NCBI GenBank assembly: GCA_024679065.1
Contig: JAGIQG010000004.1
Location: forward strand, 85,002,001 to 85,066,000
From: Sphyrna mokarran
Taxonomy: Eukaryota
DNA length: 64,000 nt
Direction: 5' to 3'
Every line of letters begins with the position of its first letter. Positions within the stretch are counted from its first letter, which is position 1. Position numbers and translations under genes: made by a program. Of this stretch, positions 48,386 through 61,902 are shown piece after piece. The notes under the pieces were generated by a model. That model saw only the letters and a list, made by a program, of their open reading frames with translations, made no database searches and was not told the origin of the DNA.

Positions 48386-51329
48386 GTTAACACAGACTGT
48401 TGGGCTCATATGAAGTATATCCCTTTTACTGAGTATTATTGGAGATGCTTGGTACTTATTGTACTGAACTGTGGCAGAATCTGGCAGATCCAGCATAAGA
48501 ATGGAATGTTTTTTTGAGTGCATGTTTAAACATCGCCGCAATTGTTCTATTGCAATAATTAAATATAAGAAAATCTATTCTTTGCAAGTTATATATGTTT
48601 TCATATTTCTTTTGGAGTTAAGTCCGTCAAAATAAATGGGTGCAATCTGAAAGACTCAGGAGTTTATATTTAATCATAAAAGTAAGAAAAACACACCACA
48701 CCCTGTGATACCCTGTAGTTTTTCTGTTATTCTGATCTCCGATACACTAAGTATGTTTGCCAAGAAATTCTTTGCTTGAATCAGGGTTCTTAATACAGAA
48801 CAGATAAAAAGCACATTTAGCATTTTTTTCTCCCACAGCCCTACTTAACTGTTCGCTCAGTAGCTCAGCCTGAACAAACACCACAGCAAAAAAAACCTCA
48901 AAAAAAATTATCATAAAAGTGATTAGAGTTGCGAAGTGTGATTTGGTCTCCAGGTGAAGCTTGGCTGGGGATGGGCTGCATTTCATAATGCCGAGTATTA
49001 ATTGTCAGATAATTAGAGCAGAATGCTTTTGCTTGCCTCATGAGTTTGTATTTAAATATTGTGCTTGGATCAGGAGCTCCGTGTAGTGTGAGTGAATAGC
49101 CCATGTATGTAATTCTGCACTGGTTTGGAGTTCTCTTTGGAATGTAGGACGTGGTTATGTGCAGCTGACCACAAAGCAGCTGTGATAAATTGTCTATTAT
49201 TACATTAAAAGAAAATAGTGCTATAAAAAAATTTGCGTCATATATCCCAGTTTTTCTCCACGCTTTGCTGATTAGCTTGTTTGTTTCATTGGCATGGCTG
49301 CATGAGTCTCTTTGCTTCTGGGCTATGAAACTGAAAAGCCAGTGCTGTCATTTTGAGTTTGTTTTAGGGTTCTTGGTAATCCAAAACCGATGGAGGAATA
49401 ATTTCATTGGGATTTAAGGCAGCATTATATACTGTATTATTTAGCCTCCGCTTGCAAGTCTCGTCTTCTATCTAAAACAGATTGCAATGTACTAATTGCA
49501 AATGAGTTAAACTTTTAGATACTAATTGTCAATAGAACATCCCTAACATAAATGTTTGATTTGATATGAAACCTATAAATATAGCTTAGTTAAACAAGTT
49601 AGTAAAATAGACAGATTTATTAATCCTGATTTAATGAGCATTAATTGAAAGTTGGCTGCCATTAATTTATTTTGTATATGCCAGGTATTTGTTTTGTTAA
49701 TGGTGCCGTTCTTTGAGAGGGAGGTCTTGAAGTTTTAATGAGATTGGGCTTCACTGGAATGCACAAAACAGGACACTCACTGGAGCGTGGAAATTACTCT
49801 AATTGCTGAGACTATGCTTGGATTTGATTGAATTTAACTGTGACTTAGCCCCGGCTGTAAGTCTATTGACACATGTTTGGTTTGCACATGATCTATATTC
49901 TAGCTTGAATTAGTAGAAGAATGGGAAATTGGAGAGCACAAGGCCATTTTTAACCAATTTTGCCCTTTTTACTATGAATTCAGGGTGACAATGATGCAGC
50001 AATGGATTCAAGAAATGGAGAGCTTGCGTGGTTTATTATCATGATCTACAACCCTAGATGTGTTACAAGTATAAGTGTTCCCATAGGTATCTTTAGCATA
50101 TTGATAGCAAGCATGTTGTGAGAGAATTGCACTTAAGTCACTTTTCAATCACCACCTCCAATTACTTCCATTCTCACCAGTGACAGACCTCTGCATAGCA
50201 ATATTTCACAACAGAAGAGTTGAGACAAGGCATGTTCCACTGTCATGTTTCGAACTGGAGAAAAATCCTTGTGTTTTATTAAAATCAGGGAGAACTACGT
50301 TGGGGTGGGGGGGAATCATGTGATGGGAGCACAGGAATAATCATGTTTCTGCAAGTTCTGGTGCTACTCATTTTTTAATCTTTCCTTTCATCCTGATGCA
50401 CACCTCATAATCACTTTATCCTGGAGTGCATTCCCTGTACTGTGTCCTCCCAGCATTTTTTTGTGAAGTTTTGATGACAAAATGCTGAGGAGAGTCAGGA
50501 AAATCCTCATTACAAAGAAGTAGTCAGAGGCAGCCAGGGTGGAGATGGGCCCTCACATGGCAACCTGGTTGGGAAGTAGGCTCTGGGTCCAGTGCTGTTA
50601 AAGGCCTTGCTGGAGATGATTGCAAATATTATCAAAGTTACAGACAAACTTGGTATTTTGACACTGAAAATTAATGCTCACTCAGATGAACTTCAGAATA
50701 CCTGCAGGACGCTCAGTGACGCAGATGGTAGAAGCATTAATGTCCTGAGGGTTACTCTTGAAGGGTCCGTCAAGACGTTCGACATTCCTACTGAGACTTC
50801 AGCATGTTTAGAATCCATGAAAGGCAGTGATTCAAAATCGAGATTCATAGTTCCTCATTAATCCTGGACTGTACCCGTACAATTATATTCTTGTGTTGTG
50901 CTTCTTTCATGCTGATGTGGCAAGCTTGTAACTGAACTTAGAGGCAAATTCACGAATTATTCTGTTTAGTGTCATATTGTGCAGTTCAGTTAATCTTTGA
51001 ATGTATCCCCTGTAATTTCATGTCTTAATTGATCCTATTACATGATCTATCACATTGATAGGGGCAATTTTGTGAATGAGCATGGTAACAAATTTTCACT
51101 TGTTGTCCCAGTAAATCTAGAGACACCCCGTTTATCCTCAGTGGGCTGCATCCTGTAGTGTACTTCTCGCTTTTGAAGAGTGTGTTATGTAAGTTGTATG
51201 ATAATAAATGTGGGGCAGTTAAATCATCTTAGACTGGGATAGTCAAATTGGCAAGAGTGGATGGAGAAGATGAGTTTGTACAATGCTTTTGTGACCGTTT
51301 ATTGCAGCAAAGCTTTGTCCCCACAATGC

Positions 51330-52052
51330 AATCTTAAATCTTATAATGAAGCAGGGTTGATTAATAATATTGTAGTGACAGATCCACTGGGAAATAGTGA
51401 TCATAATACTATTGAATTCCTTGTTAAGTTTGAAAGTGACATGCTCCCATTGGAGGCAAAAATCTTAAAAATTAAAGCCAATTACGAAGTTATAAGAAGA
51501 GAACTGATTAAAGTTAATTGGGTAAATGGAGGTGAATGAATAGTGGGAAACATTTAAAACAATTCAAAATCTTCAACAAAAATACATTCTATTAAAAAAA
51601 CTCACTAAGACCCACTCATGGTTTATCCAGAATGTTAAGGATAGTATTAGATTAGAAGAGGCTTACTATATTGCAAGAACCAATAACAAGCCTAAGGATT
51701 GGAAATGTTTTAGGAACCAACTAAGAGCCACCAAAAAGTTGATGAGGGGGTAAAATAGAACATGAATGCAAATCAGTAAGAAATATAGTGAGTCAGATGG
51801 CATGTTTAGCTTTTATTACAAGGGGATTAGAGTATGAGAGTATAAACAAGTCTTTCCACAATTAACGTAGAGTACCATGTGAGGCTTTGATCTCCACAGT
51901 TAAAAAATATATGTACATCAGAGACAGTACAGCGAGGATTCACAAAATTGATTACTGGGATGGAGGGGTTTGTTCTACAATTAAATTGTCAGAATAGACT
52001 CAGTTTGTATTCTCTGGCATTTAAAAGAATGAGAGTTCATCTCATTGAAACG
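51330..52052 (+). mobile_element. Old CR1 fragments with a large internal deletion
   Basis: NEAGLINNIVVTDPLGNSDHNTIEF (end of endonuclease) joined to GMFSF..ITRGLEY...VQRGFTKL...KRMRVHLIET (C-terminus). Confidence 0.8.
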
Positions 52053-52200
52053 TTGTCTCAAATTTGGTTCCAATGCATAGATCTATAAATATAGACAGGG
52101 ATGACAGGGATCATGGGTAGAATTGGGAACATCGAGGTGGCGGCATGGGCTCGTTGGGCCGAAGGGCCTGTTTCCTGTGCTGTTTTGTTCTTCGTTCTTT
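52053..52200 (+). mobile_element. CR1-A 3' end (third copy)
   Basis: Aligns with 1270-1408: ttgtctcaaatttggttccaatgcatagatctataaa...cagggatcatgggtagaa...gctgttttgttcttcgttcttt. Confidence 0.9.
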
Positions 52201-54974
52201 ATATTAGCGTTGCCCAATTTTTATCTGTCTTCTCGTCTTATTATCCTAGCATAATGTGTGGTGGCCTTTTTCACCTGATATCCTTTATTACAGTTATGGT
52301 TCAAATGAGTAGCACCATTGCAGGAAGATGGGCAAGTGGTTTAAAATGGAAGTGGAACATGACAAGTCCTCACATTGGGGGGAGAAACTCTCTCCTAGAA
52401 CTTATGGGCTCTGTATTTTTTTGTATTTCAGTTGTTTTGGGGTTATAGAATCTCTGATTAACTCCTGATATGGTACAGACAGACTCTATATGTTGGGAAA
52501 AGACATTGTATATGCACTGCTAAGCAAGTTGTGGCTGTACCCTATTATCCTAATATCTCCCATCCCTCAATATATCCTTTCATTACTTGCATGATGGAGG
52601 TGCTGAATCCAATGAATAATCTGAACCAACTCTGTTGGGTTTTTTTTCTGTCTCTTCCTACATGGACTTGTTTGAAAATAATCTTGCTGAAATGTATTGA
52701 TCTTTGAGAGTTTGTTGCGTTATTCGTAAAAAAATTAAAGATCTTCAGTAAAACTAAATGAAACAAAACGAGAATGTGTTCCTTTATTCTCTCCATTACC
52801 CTCCCCCACCCCACTTTCAGTTTGATTTCTGTACTTGCGCTTCAGCCCAATATTTCACAGCTAAAGTGCTGTCTCCAAACAACCTAAGCATCCTCTCGCT
52901 AAGTCCTGGTGATGACAGTGTTACTTATATGCGTGGTTATTGTTTGCTTTATTTTACTTCTGGGTGAATGAATTTCTTTCTGCCAATTGTTGGGGTCATG
53001 GTGGATTTTGATGAATTTTAAACTAGTTTAATTATGTACTTTTTTGAATTGCAGTGATTTTGAGGCTTATGCCACTGTGTGTGCTACAGGGCTATAGGAG
53101 ACCTGGATCTATAGTAGAATGTTTGAATTTACTTTCAGTGGTTTGTGGGACATTCCTAGATAACAAACTTGAATTGGTGACTGGTGTCTGAACCCACCCC
53201 TTTCCTCCAAGGAACAAATACCGACATGCATCTGGTATTTCTTGGTGCATTTTTCACCCACAAATGATGGCTTTTTTCTGTTTACATTCTCTTGTTGTGG
53301 ACTGGTTTCTTTGATGTCATAGGGTGATGTTGCTTTGAAGATAATGTATAATACAAGGTCTCACAGTCAGAGACTGTTTTTCTGTAGCAAACAACAATTG
53401 ACATCCAGCATTGACTAATCATTTCTTCCATAATGAAAATCACAGGGGAATCTTTTCCTGTCCCGTTTCTCTTGGAGTGCTTGACTTTGGCTGGATTCCA
53501 TGTATGGGATTACTGAGGTGATGCGATTTCAAGTGTGAGCCTGCAGTGCTTTTTCACTGCAAGGCACAAGGGAGACCGGTACCACACGAGCCCATTCTTG
53601 TTCCCACTTGACATCCAGAGTGAATCATTGGATGGTCGTTTGCACACAAACTGTGATTGATTTGAACTTCACTCTGAGGTGAGGTGAGATTTGAGTGAGA
53701 TCAATTGTCCGACTCCAAACGTTGCCCTGGTTAAGATTACCTAATTCGTTGTAGACTGAAAATCTCACCAAGGACCTTGGTATCTCTATTACTTAATAAC
53801 ACAGTAAGTGATATATTTAACCACACTGTTCTCTTTGACATATATGTAAACTGCCTGATTGGGGTATAGCCCTTTCTGCTGATAGCTATTCAGGTCACCA
53901 ATTCACAGCATTAATGTGAAGGCTGTAATTGCTATCTCACCAGTCACCATTTTGATATACAAGGCATCTGAAAAATGACAAGTACAGTCCACCACCTGCT
54001 GTGCTTGGAATTAACACAAGAAAATTTGAGGTGAGGTAATCCTATAGGAACATTTGCTTTTACATTTGAGGATTTATTACTATCTGCGATTTCTGCTTAT
54101 TCAGCAGGGGAAGGGCTACTCCCTGTGCAACCAAAAAGTGTTTTCCAGCATGGAAGTGGTTGCTCAATCTAACTAGATGGAGTTAGTGCTGTTGCAGGGA
54201 AAAATTTACTCTGCTATATGACTGAACAGAGCTGCTGTTCAGTCACTATGTAACCAAGTGGAATTGTTTAGCAAGGAAAGGGTAACCTCGAGTTGTATAG
54301 AATTGCAGCTTCAGCTGGGAGATGGTTACCCAGTACCTAGACAGAGATACATTTGTGCAGCATTGTAAGGATTGATCACTGGAATGGGATGGAGTGGATC
54401 AGCAGGATAAGGGTTACCCTGTTGCATTGGGACTGATTTGCTGTTTATTCAGCAATTATATAGGCTACTCACCACCTAACTGGATGATGTTGCTGTTTAT
54501 TCAGCAGGGTAAGGATTAAGGAGCTAATCACAGTGTTCATTGTGTAATTATATTTTTCTAGTAGTTGGTAGGGCATTCTGTAGACATTCTTGAATAATCC
54601 TTCTCATGAGCTAGTGTTCAGGGGCTGTTTTTGATATTGAATAAAAGGCAGCCAACAGGTCAGTAACAGGCCTGTTCATTCTTGCCATGTGTTTTTTTTG
54701 AAGTATTAGACTCTATCCATTATGGTTGGATTACTGTAATTAATAGCTGCGAGTGTCAGTTACACTTTTGTCTTCTGACAACCAGGGAAATCAACTATGG
54801 AAAGGGAATTTTTGGGAACATTTTGAAACATGTTTTCCTTTTAACTTTCAGTTTTCTCCCAACTCTTCCAATGTTGCTGACTTTTTGCTGGGTTATAGTT
54901 TTGTTGACTGTTTTCATCATTTCTGTCCAGGTGGAAAACTGTCCACCTGGATTCACTGATGTGCGATTGAAAAA

Positions 54975-55365
54975 AAGATTTGTCTTTATGTAGCACCTTT
55001 CATGATCACCTGATGTTTCAAAACACTTTACAGCCAATGAAGCACTTTTGAGATGTTGTAATGGGAAAAAAGGGGCAGCCAATTTACACACAGCAAACTC
55101 CCACATACAGCAATGTGATAATCCGTTTTGGTGATGTTGACTGAGAGATAAGTATTAGTTTGACCAGCAGCGTGACTTCCCTGCTTCTCTTCAATATTAC
55201 ACCATAGGATCTTTTTTTATCTTCCAGAGAGGGTGACAGGCCTTCTTTTAATGTCTCAGCTAAAAGATATTACCTTTGGTAGTGCAGCATTCCTCAGTAT
55301 TGCACTGGAGTAGCAGCCCTGTTTTTTCTGGAGTGTGACTTGAACCCAAAGCTTTTCACTCCAGG
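54975..55365 (-). mobile_element. Deu-domain SINE (AmnSINE1/SacSINE1-like)
   Basis: Tail ctttatgtagcacctttcatg...ctttacagccaatgaag; Deu-like ggatctttt...cagagagggtgacaggcc...ttaatgtctcagctaaaaga...agtgcagcattcctcagtattgcactggag; B-box complement gacttgaaccc. Confidence 0.8.
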
Positions 55366-56224
55366 TGAAAACTTTCCTCATGTTTTCTTCTCCTGTGGCC
55401 TCACCACACCAAAGGCACTGAGACCAAATGTACTGCCGATGGCTGCTCTGGCTGACAACAGCTAATTCACTACAACTTAATCTGGAAGCTCCATGGTTTT
55501 GTGGCTAGCTACAGCAGACAATGTGTCTGTTCTCTGAGCTGAACCATGGATCATGTCTCTCTTTATTCATGCAAATTATGGAGAAGGTGCCAGTTATTGA
55601 TCAGTCAGATTTGCAAATGAGAAAATGTGCGATTTGTGAACATTTGACAGCCAGCTGTTTGGCAGAACCCAATGCTTGGAGGCCCTCCTGCAGGACATGT
55701 TTACCCTGAGCTTTCTTGTGTTAGGGCTGTGTGGTTTCATATGAAAGCAGTTTTTCAAAGTGACTGTAAATGTTGTTATTTGATGCTTTGGGGCAAATTT
55801 TCCACCAATTTTCCTTTGAAGCTGCTTTTTATTTCAATCTTCTGTTACTGGCTCCCCTCTATTGGCTCACATTAACCAAAAGAGGAAAAAAAAGACTTTT
55901 ATAGCCAAGCGAAATAGCTCTCGTTTGAATTACCATTTATATAAAATATGGAAGTGGCCATAAAATATATATTTATCATAGTATCTTTTACTCAGCTGCT
56001 TGCTTGCCAAGATTAAGGGTCTTATTATACTCAGTATTAGCATCAACTTGTGTCCAGCACTAATTGGATGCAGGAAAAGATGTATCTGTCATGCCTAATG
56101 AAACATTTTGGGGTATTAGACTGCTGCACACTGCCATTATGAGCTATGGATATCATTTGATCATTCTCAGAGGCATCACGGGTTTAAAATAAAAGTCCAT
56201 TTTTCATCATTAAAATGGCACAAG

Positions 56225-56690
56225 AATACAGTTTCACTTGGGTCTCAAGAAGAGGTGCACCGGCATGTTGTCTGGGCTGGAGTATTTCACCTACGAAGAG
56301 AGGTTAGTTAGGCTTGGCTGTTTTCCTTAGTGCGGGGACATAGATCAGATAGCAAGGAGAAACTTTTTCCCTCAGCAGAGGGGCAAAAACTAGGCAGCAT
56401 CCTGGGCTGGAGATTTAGAGGGGATTTGAGGAAAAGGATTTTCGCCCAGAGAGTGGTGAGAATCAGGAACTCATTGCCTTAAAGGACAGTATAATTGGGA
56501 ACTCTTATAGCACTTAAGAAACATTTAGATGAGCACTTGAAATGCCATAGAGTAGAAGGCTGTAGACCAAGTATTGGAAAATATGGTTGGAGTAGATAAG
56601 TGCCATCTGGGATAGATAGGTGCTTGACGGCTGATGCAGACTTGATGGGCTGAAGGGCCGCTTTCTGTGCTGCAAAATGTATGACTCTAA
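56225..56690 (+). mobile_element. CR1 3' fragment
   Basis: QEEVHRHV/GMLSGLEYFTYEERL; FAQRVVRIRNSLP; 3' end gcagacttgatgggctgaagggccgctttctgtgctg...tatgactcta. Confidence 0.85.
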
Positions 56691-56699
56691 GGTGGGGGG

Positions 56700-56833
56700 G
56701 TGGGGGGTGGTGGTGATATTTTATGGCTTTGCTCAAGCAAGACGGGAAATTTCCGCCTGAGACCAATGGACATTTCCGTTGAGCACACCTCCCCTGTGCC
56801 GATTCTGTGGTAGGTCAGGAGGTGAATTCTGTC
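56700..56833. mobile_element. Short Harbinger-type MITE
   Basis: Similar in size and wording to 10727-10853 and 14400-14480 (aaatttccgcctgagaccaatgg...gattctgtggtagg...ggtgaattc). Confidence 0.5.
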
Positions 56834-57716
56834 ATATAAACTATAAGGTCCATTTGCCCGGTGACAGTAGTGTGGTATCTGGTCAGATAACTAGCTGGAC
56901 CATTTCATCCTCATGGCAGATTGATCTATTCCAGTGAGATGTTTAGGGGTGGCAAGGAGTTATTTATCTCTCTTTCATTCTCAGTTGATGAGAGAATGCT
57001 CCTTTGGCTTGATGCAGTATTGATGGTGACAACTTAAAAGAGGATAAGACAGAAGTCTTGTCCTTCCACCCCTGGGATATAGGTTCACCTTCAAATCAGT
57101 GGGCTTGCATTTGGAATGCAGAAGTACCATAGTTTACCACTATGTTGGCAATTTGACATAGAAAGGCCATAAGGTGACTAGATTGCAAAGTGGGAATTGC
57201 CAAGTTGCTGCAGTTTGAGGTCTGCGAGAGTAAAGCAGAAGGACTTTATACTTCACCTAACCTGAGCTGTAACTGGAGCCTAAATTGGTTAATGTTTCAT
57301 TCCCCAGTTCTGTCATTCATAGCTTTGATGAGTAAGAACCTCACGAAAATTGTGCAGAACTGGAGGACGGGAAAGATATGAGTACAAACAACAGAATTAG
57401 ACCCACTATAAAGCAACATATATTTTGACTGAGATCCAGATCGATAAAAGAAACTTAGCCCCTAGTTATGCTTAGATTGTGGTAAGATTAATAGTGCAAA
57501 CATCAGATAACTATGTACAGACGCATCTTACTAGCATTGATTGTGCTACACCCACTAATAATCCTAAACCAGAGCTGATTCTGAGTAGATTGTCTCTGAA
57601 TTGTTGCTTTTGTTGGAAATTAATGCTGAGTGAAAGAAAGACTTTTTATATTTTTAACAGTAGAATAACAAGTTTTGAACTTTCAAATTCTGTCTTCGAT
57701 AGCATTCTCCAAATAA

Positions 57717-57841
57717 GGCCAAGATTTTACTGGCAAGTCCGCCCGAGGGCTGGTAAGATTGCGCCTCAAACCAACACAATGCCGTTGTGTGAGCCTCATC
57801 CACCCTGATTTCAGGGCAAGTGTGTCAGTAAAATCAGGGCC
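57717..57841. mobile_element. 125-bp MITE with TIRs
   Basis: ggccaagattttactggca / tgtcagtaaaatcagggcc; the TIR resembles that of 13569-14282. Confidence 0.7.
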
Positions 57842-60511
57842 AATGAGTCAGTGGCTACATGTGAAACTTCTGTGATATTTCAGGCCATTTCTGAGGTAAG
57901 CTGACTCGCCACAATCTGACGTTCTGTAAGGCACAGTATCTGCATTTGTAAGAAATATTGGGCTAAAATGATTGAAAATGTTCAATGCTCTCAGCAAACA
58001 AAGCAAAAAAGACCAGATTAGATTTGAGTGAAGTGCACTATTGAACAGTTGATTTTAATCTTGGTCAAAAGTGAAAACCTGCTGTTTGGGAAAAGTGGAG
58101 AAGGCATGGTCACACAGCAGTGCAGAGTTAATATGGGTGACTGCCTTTGCTCCCCCACTCTCTGGGATGCATTCCATCTGGTCCCTTTAGTTAATATTAA
58201 ACTCAATGAATATTGAATATCTTTTTAAATTTATAAGCTTGTTAATCAAGAACTAGTGAAGTAATGGAACTGAGAAAGATATACAAAATTCTGTCATAAA
58301 ATGATCAGCTGTAGTGAATAGTAACTTTATTGTGGTCCAGAAAAACAATTGCAGTTGTGTCAATGTTCATTAATTATTTTAAGGCTCAATAACCACAAAT
58401 AATGGAATCAGAAAATTAAAAAAAATGTATGCAGTAATGCTTTTGGTGTCGTGAAACAACTGAAGGTATTTTACACTATATAGCTGCAGCTAATGGAGGG
58501 AGGCCTGGTCAAACACACTGTTGCAAGACTAGCAAAGACCACACAATGTTGCATCAACTTGTTTTAATGTAGATGTTCTAATAAAGTTATATTAGTAAAT
58601 GAGTGTGTATCTGTAATACATGTGTATGCACTTGCAAGGGTTTCCTGATCATTAAGGAATTGTATGTGGTAATTCTTCCATTTAATGTCTGCTTTCTGTT
58701 CTGAGTGGAAATCCATCTGGGATATGTCCAGAATTGATTGTGGAAATCAAGGGCCTCAGGGCAGTGAGTGGAAAGAACCAGCATGAAATTCTACACAGTC
58801 CTCCCACTTCATCACATCTTTCAGTCTCCATGTATGTTTTGGAGAAAGGTAGAGGTGGGGGGAAAGAATTGAGGGAATGAAAAAAATTCCAGTGCTTTAC
58901 CTGTGATGCCAAATGTGAAAGATTAGAAGTTAAACTGTCTGTTATTTTCATGGTTGCTTCCCAATAGGACCCCTTGCCGTTCTAATGTCTTCTCTGAAAA
59001 TGAAGATTCTCTAATTGTGGCCAAAAGATGAAAAGGCCTCTATGTGGTTTGGAGCCAAATCCCTTGTAATTATTGCTGATCCAGAGACCACATTGTGAAT
59101 GGATGAGGGTGGATTACACGAGCTGAATTGTAGAAGTATAAAAATGCAGATTCTCTGTCAATACAACAGGGATTAATTTATCTTGTGTATAACTCCTGCC
59201 CTGCTGGAATTTCAAACCATGTTGGGGAGCCAAATGAGTTGTTTGTATTTGTGTGTTAATTTAAATGTAGATGTGCAGGCCCCTTGTACCATGAAGGAGT
59301 TAAGGTGGTTTGTGTGATAGACGCTAGGCAATGTGTTTTCATAAAATAATAAAAATTCTCGCAATTGTCTCTGAAAGGATTGATGTGGTTGTGTAAGGAT
59401 TGGATGGGACTCAAAGGTAGATTTTCTAGAATACATTAATGTGGGAGATAGAAATGATAGGCTTCTTCGACCCTATTAAGGATAACATTAATAAGCAAAA
59501 TAATTACATTCGCTGCCATCTCCTGTGGAAGCGACAGGATTAGACAGAGTCCGGCCCTGAAATTCCAGCAGGGCAGGAGTTATACACCAGTTTTAGATGA
59601 TTAATAATTATGATTCATGACTCCCGGTGTCAGGACTTTTCAACACTGTTTCATGTGAAATGAGTTTTTGTTCGGTTAAATTTACTATTACATTCTTTGG
59701 ATTCAAGTTGGAAAATGTATATCAAAACCTTCAAATTGTTTTTTACATTCTTTTTCCTTTCAGTTGCTGTCTTTTGTTTAACAGTACAAGTTGATATCTC
59801 CTATTTTTGTTGCTTGCCATTCTGTTTTAAAAATATTTTTAAACCCTTGTGTAGTCTTTCCTCATTTTGTCGTCTTTGTGGGACCCATTCACCATTCTTC
59901 ATTTCTACTCTAGTTGATATTTGAAAGAATTTCCTACCCTATTTCTATTCCATTCTGATACCTTAGAGTTGATGTCAATTAACCTCTTTTTATAACGTGT
60001 CGTGCCATTTGGGAACGGCACCATCCAGACTTCGGGGTATTATTATACCATAAATGAGCGGATGCATACGTTTCTGCTTTTTGTTGGTTGTTTTGCTTTT
60101 TGCTTTCAGCCTGCCTCTCTGGACTCCCAGTGGCCACTATTTTGTTCCACTGGTTGATCTCAAAGCCAACCTGTTCAGATCAATATGCAGTTCTTGCATT
60201 TCTGACCTATCCAGACCTCTCACAATTAACATTAATACTGCCCTTGGCAAAAAATGTAAAAGTCACGCGCGTTAATTCTAGACAAAGGAAATTAAAATTT
60301 AGGACATCTGTTTAGCTCACATGGGAATCAAGAAATTCTTGAGATCTTTGATGATGTGGGGGAAAGAGTTTCTAATTCTAGTTCTAATTTCTTGGACATT
60401 TGATCACATGATCTGCAACTGCCCCATTGGAAAAAAACTTTTCTTTCTCAATTTTCAACATTTTTTATAACTGACAGTTGTGTTTAAAATTTTAAAAAAA
60501 GCTAGCACATA

Positions 60512-60672
60512 AACAATACTCTGCAAATGCTGCAAATCTGAAATAAAACAAAGTGCCAGAATAACTCAGCAGGCCTGAAGAAGTCATATTTGACTCGAAA
60601 CCGTAACTCAGTTTCTGCCTCCACAGATGCTGCCAAACCTCCTGAGTATTTACAGTGCTTTACTTTCTTATT
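60512..60672. mobile_element. Penelope-like inverted terminal pair with decayed hammerhead core
   Basis: Left arm aatactctgcaaatgctgcaaatctgaaataaaac...actcagcagg; core ctgaaga-agtca-tatt-tgact-c-gaaac; right arm ctccacagatgctgccaaacctcctgagtattt. Related to 48198-48385. Confidence 0.7.
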
Positions 60673-61809
60673 TAAAGAAAGTACAATTATTTTTTAATTT
60701 CTCTCGGAATTTTCTCCTGCATTCATAACAGAATCCAGGGGATTAACCTTTAATTCCTGGGGACTCCATGGCATCCTGAAGGATTGATGATTCAATATGT
60801 GGGATTACATATGATTGAGATAACCAAGCATCAGGCTTAATGAGTTGAGTGACCTTTTCGTATTTCTTATGCTCTTATGTTCAGTCATCTGTGCAGTTGT
60901 TCCAGCTATTGCTAGTGCTCTAATTTATGGCCTTTGTTATAAATAAAATACTCTCAGAAGCACCTATTTGCATTGCTCAACCACTTTCAATGGAGGCCAT
61001 TCCGTGATACAAGTGGAATGCACACTCCTGGAAAGAGGGTGGAGGTTTCATGGATCATGTACTGCTGGGCACTCTGTCTGTCTGCGAGAGCAACTCTCTC
61101 TCATGGTGTCATACTGCAGTGTAATGTGGTTATGTCCTGTCTGAATGATTGATTAGAGGTTACATAGATTCAATAAAGTTTGAACCATTTGCGTTTTTGT
61201 TATTGAGCTTGGGTGACCTGCACAGCAACAGGGTGACAGCACAATGCAAACAATAGCGAATGAGCCATAAATGAGTGCAGAGATCCGATGGGTGAGGTGG
61301 GAAGTGAATGCAATTGGTGAGGGAGGTTTGGGGTGAGAGATTCTTTCTGCTGAATCAATAGAAGTGAAGCCAGGACAAGGTTTGTAACGTAAAACACATC
61401 AGCCAAAAAATTTGTAAAAACAGACCGATGGCCTCAAAAAAGAGCTCAAAAAGGGTCAAATTTAAGCTTCCAACATACAGTCTCGTTGAAAGAAGAGGAG
61501 CACATTATTTCCTATAAATTGTGCTGGATGTATAGCCATAATTCTATCACTTTTACAGTGGTTGATTGTAGTAAAAATTGCAAATTGTTCTTGATTTCTT
61601 GCCAGGAAATTTCTATTGTAGATATGAACTTCCAATCCTTGTGGCTCAATCTAGTTATTGAATCATTTTTCATTTGTCAGTGTGACAAAAACACTCACTT
61701 ACATCTCTTTCCTTTTGCCCCTGGTTTATGGAGACATGCTCCCACTTTATGAAGACATGCTTTTTCTCCCTATTCCTATTTCATCCTGACACAGTTTGAC
61801 ATCTTTTCT

Positions 61810-61902
61810 CTAAGCCAGAGCTTTGTAGGTTCAAGCCCCACTTCAGTAACTTGAGCATATACTCTAAGCAGACATTTCAATGCAGCACTAAAGGAAAGCT
61901 CC
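61810..61902 (+). mobile_element. Deu-SINE 5' fragment
   Basis: gtaggttcaagccccacttcag...ttcaatgcagcactaaaggaaagct resembles the reverse complement of 55285-55355. Confidence 0.5.

Noticed and set aside
50592-50861. 89-aa ORF with protein-like composition
   Set aside because: GTG start and no recognisable family. It may be a TE relic, but I cannot support a call.
58028-58216. Possible ephrin-B exon 2 (LFGKSGEGMV...MGD)
   Set aside because: It lacks the invariant YP.IGDKLDIICP and downstream cysteine pattern; the resemblance is by chance.
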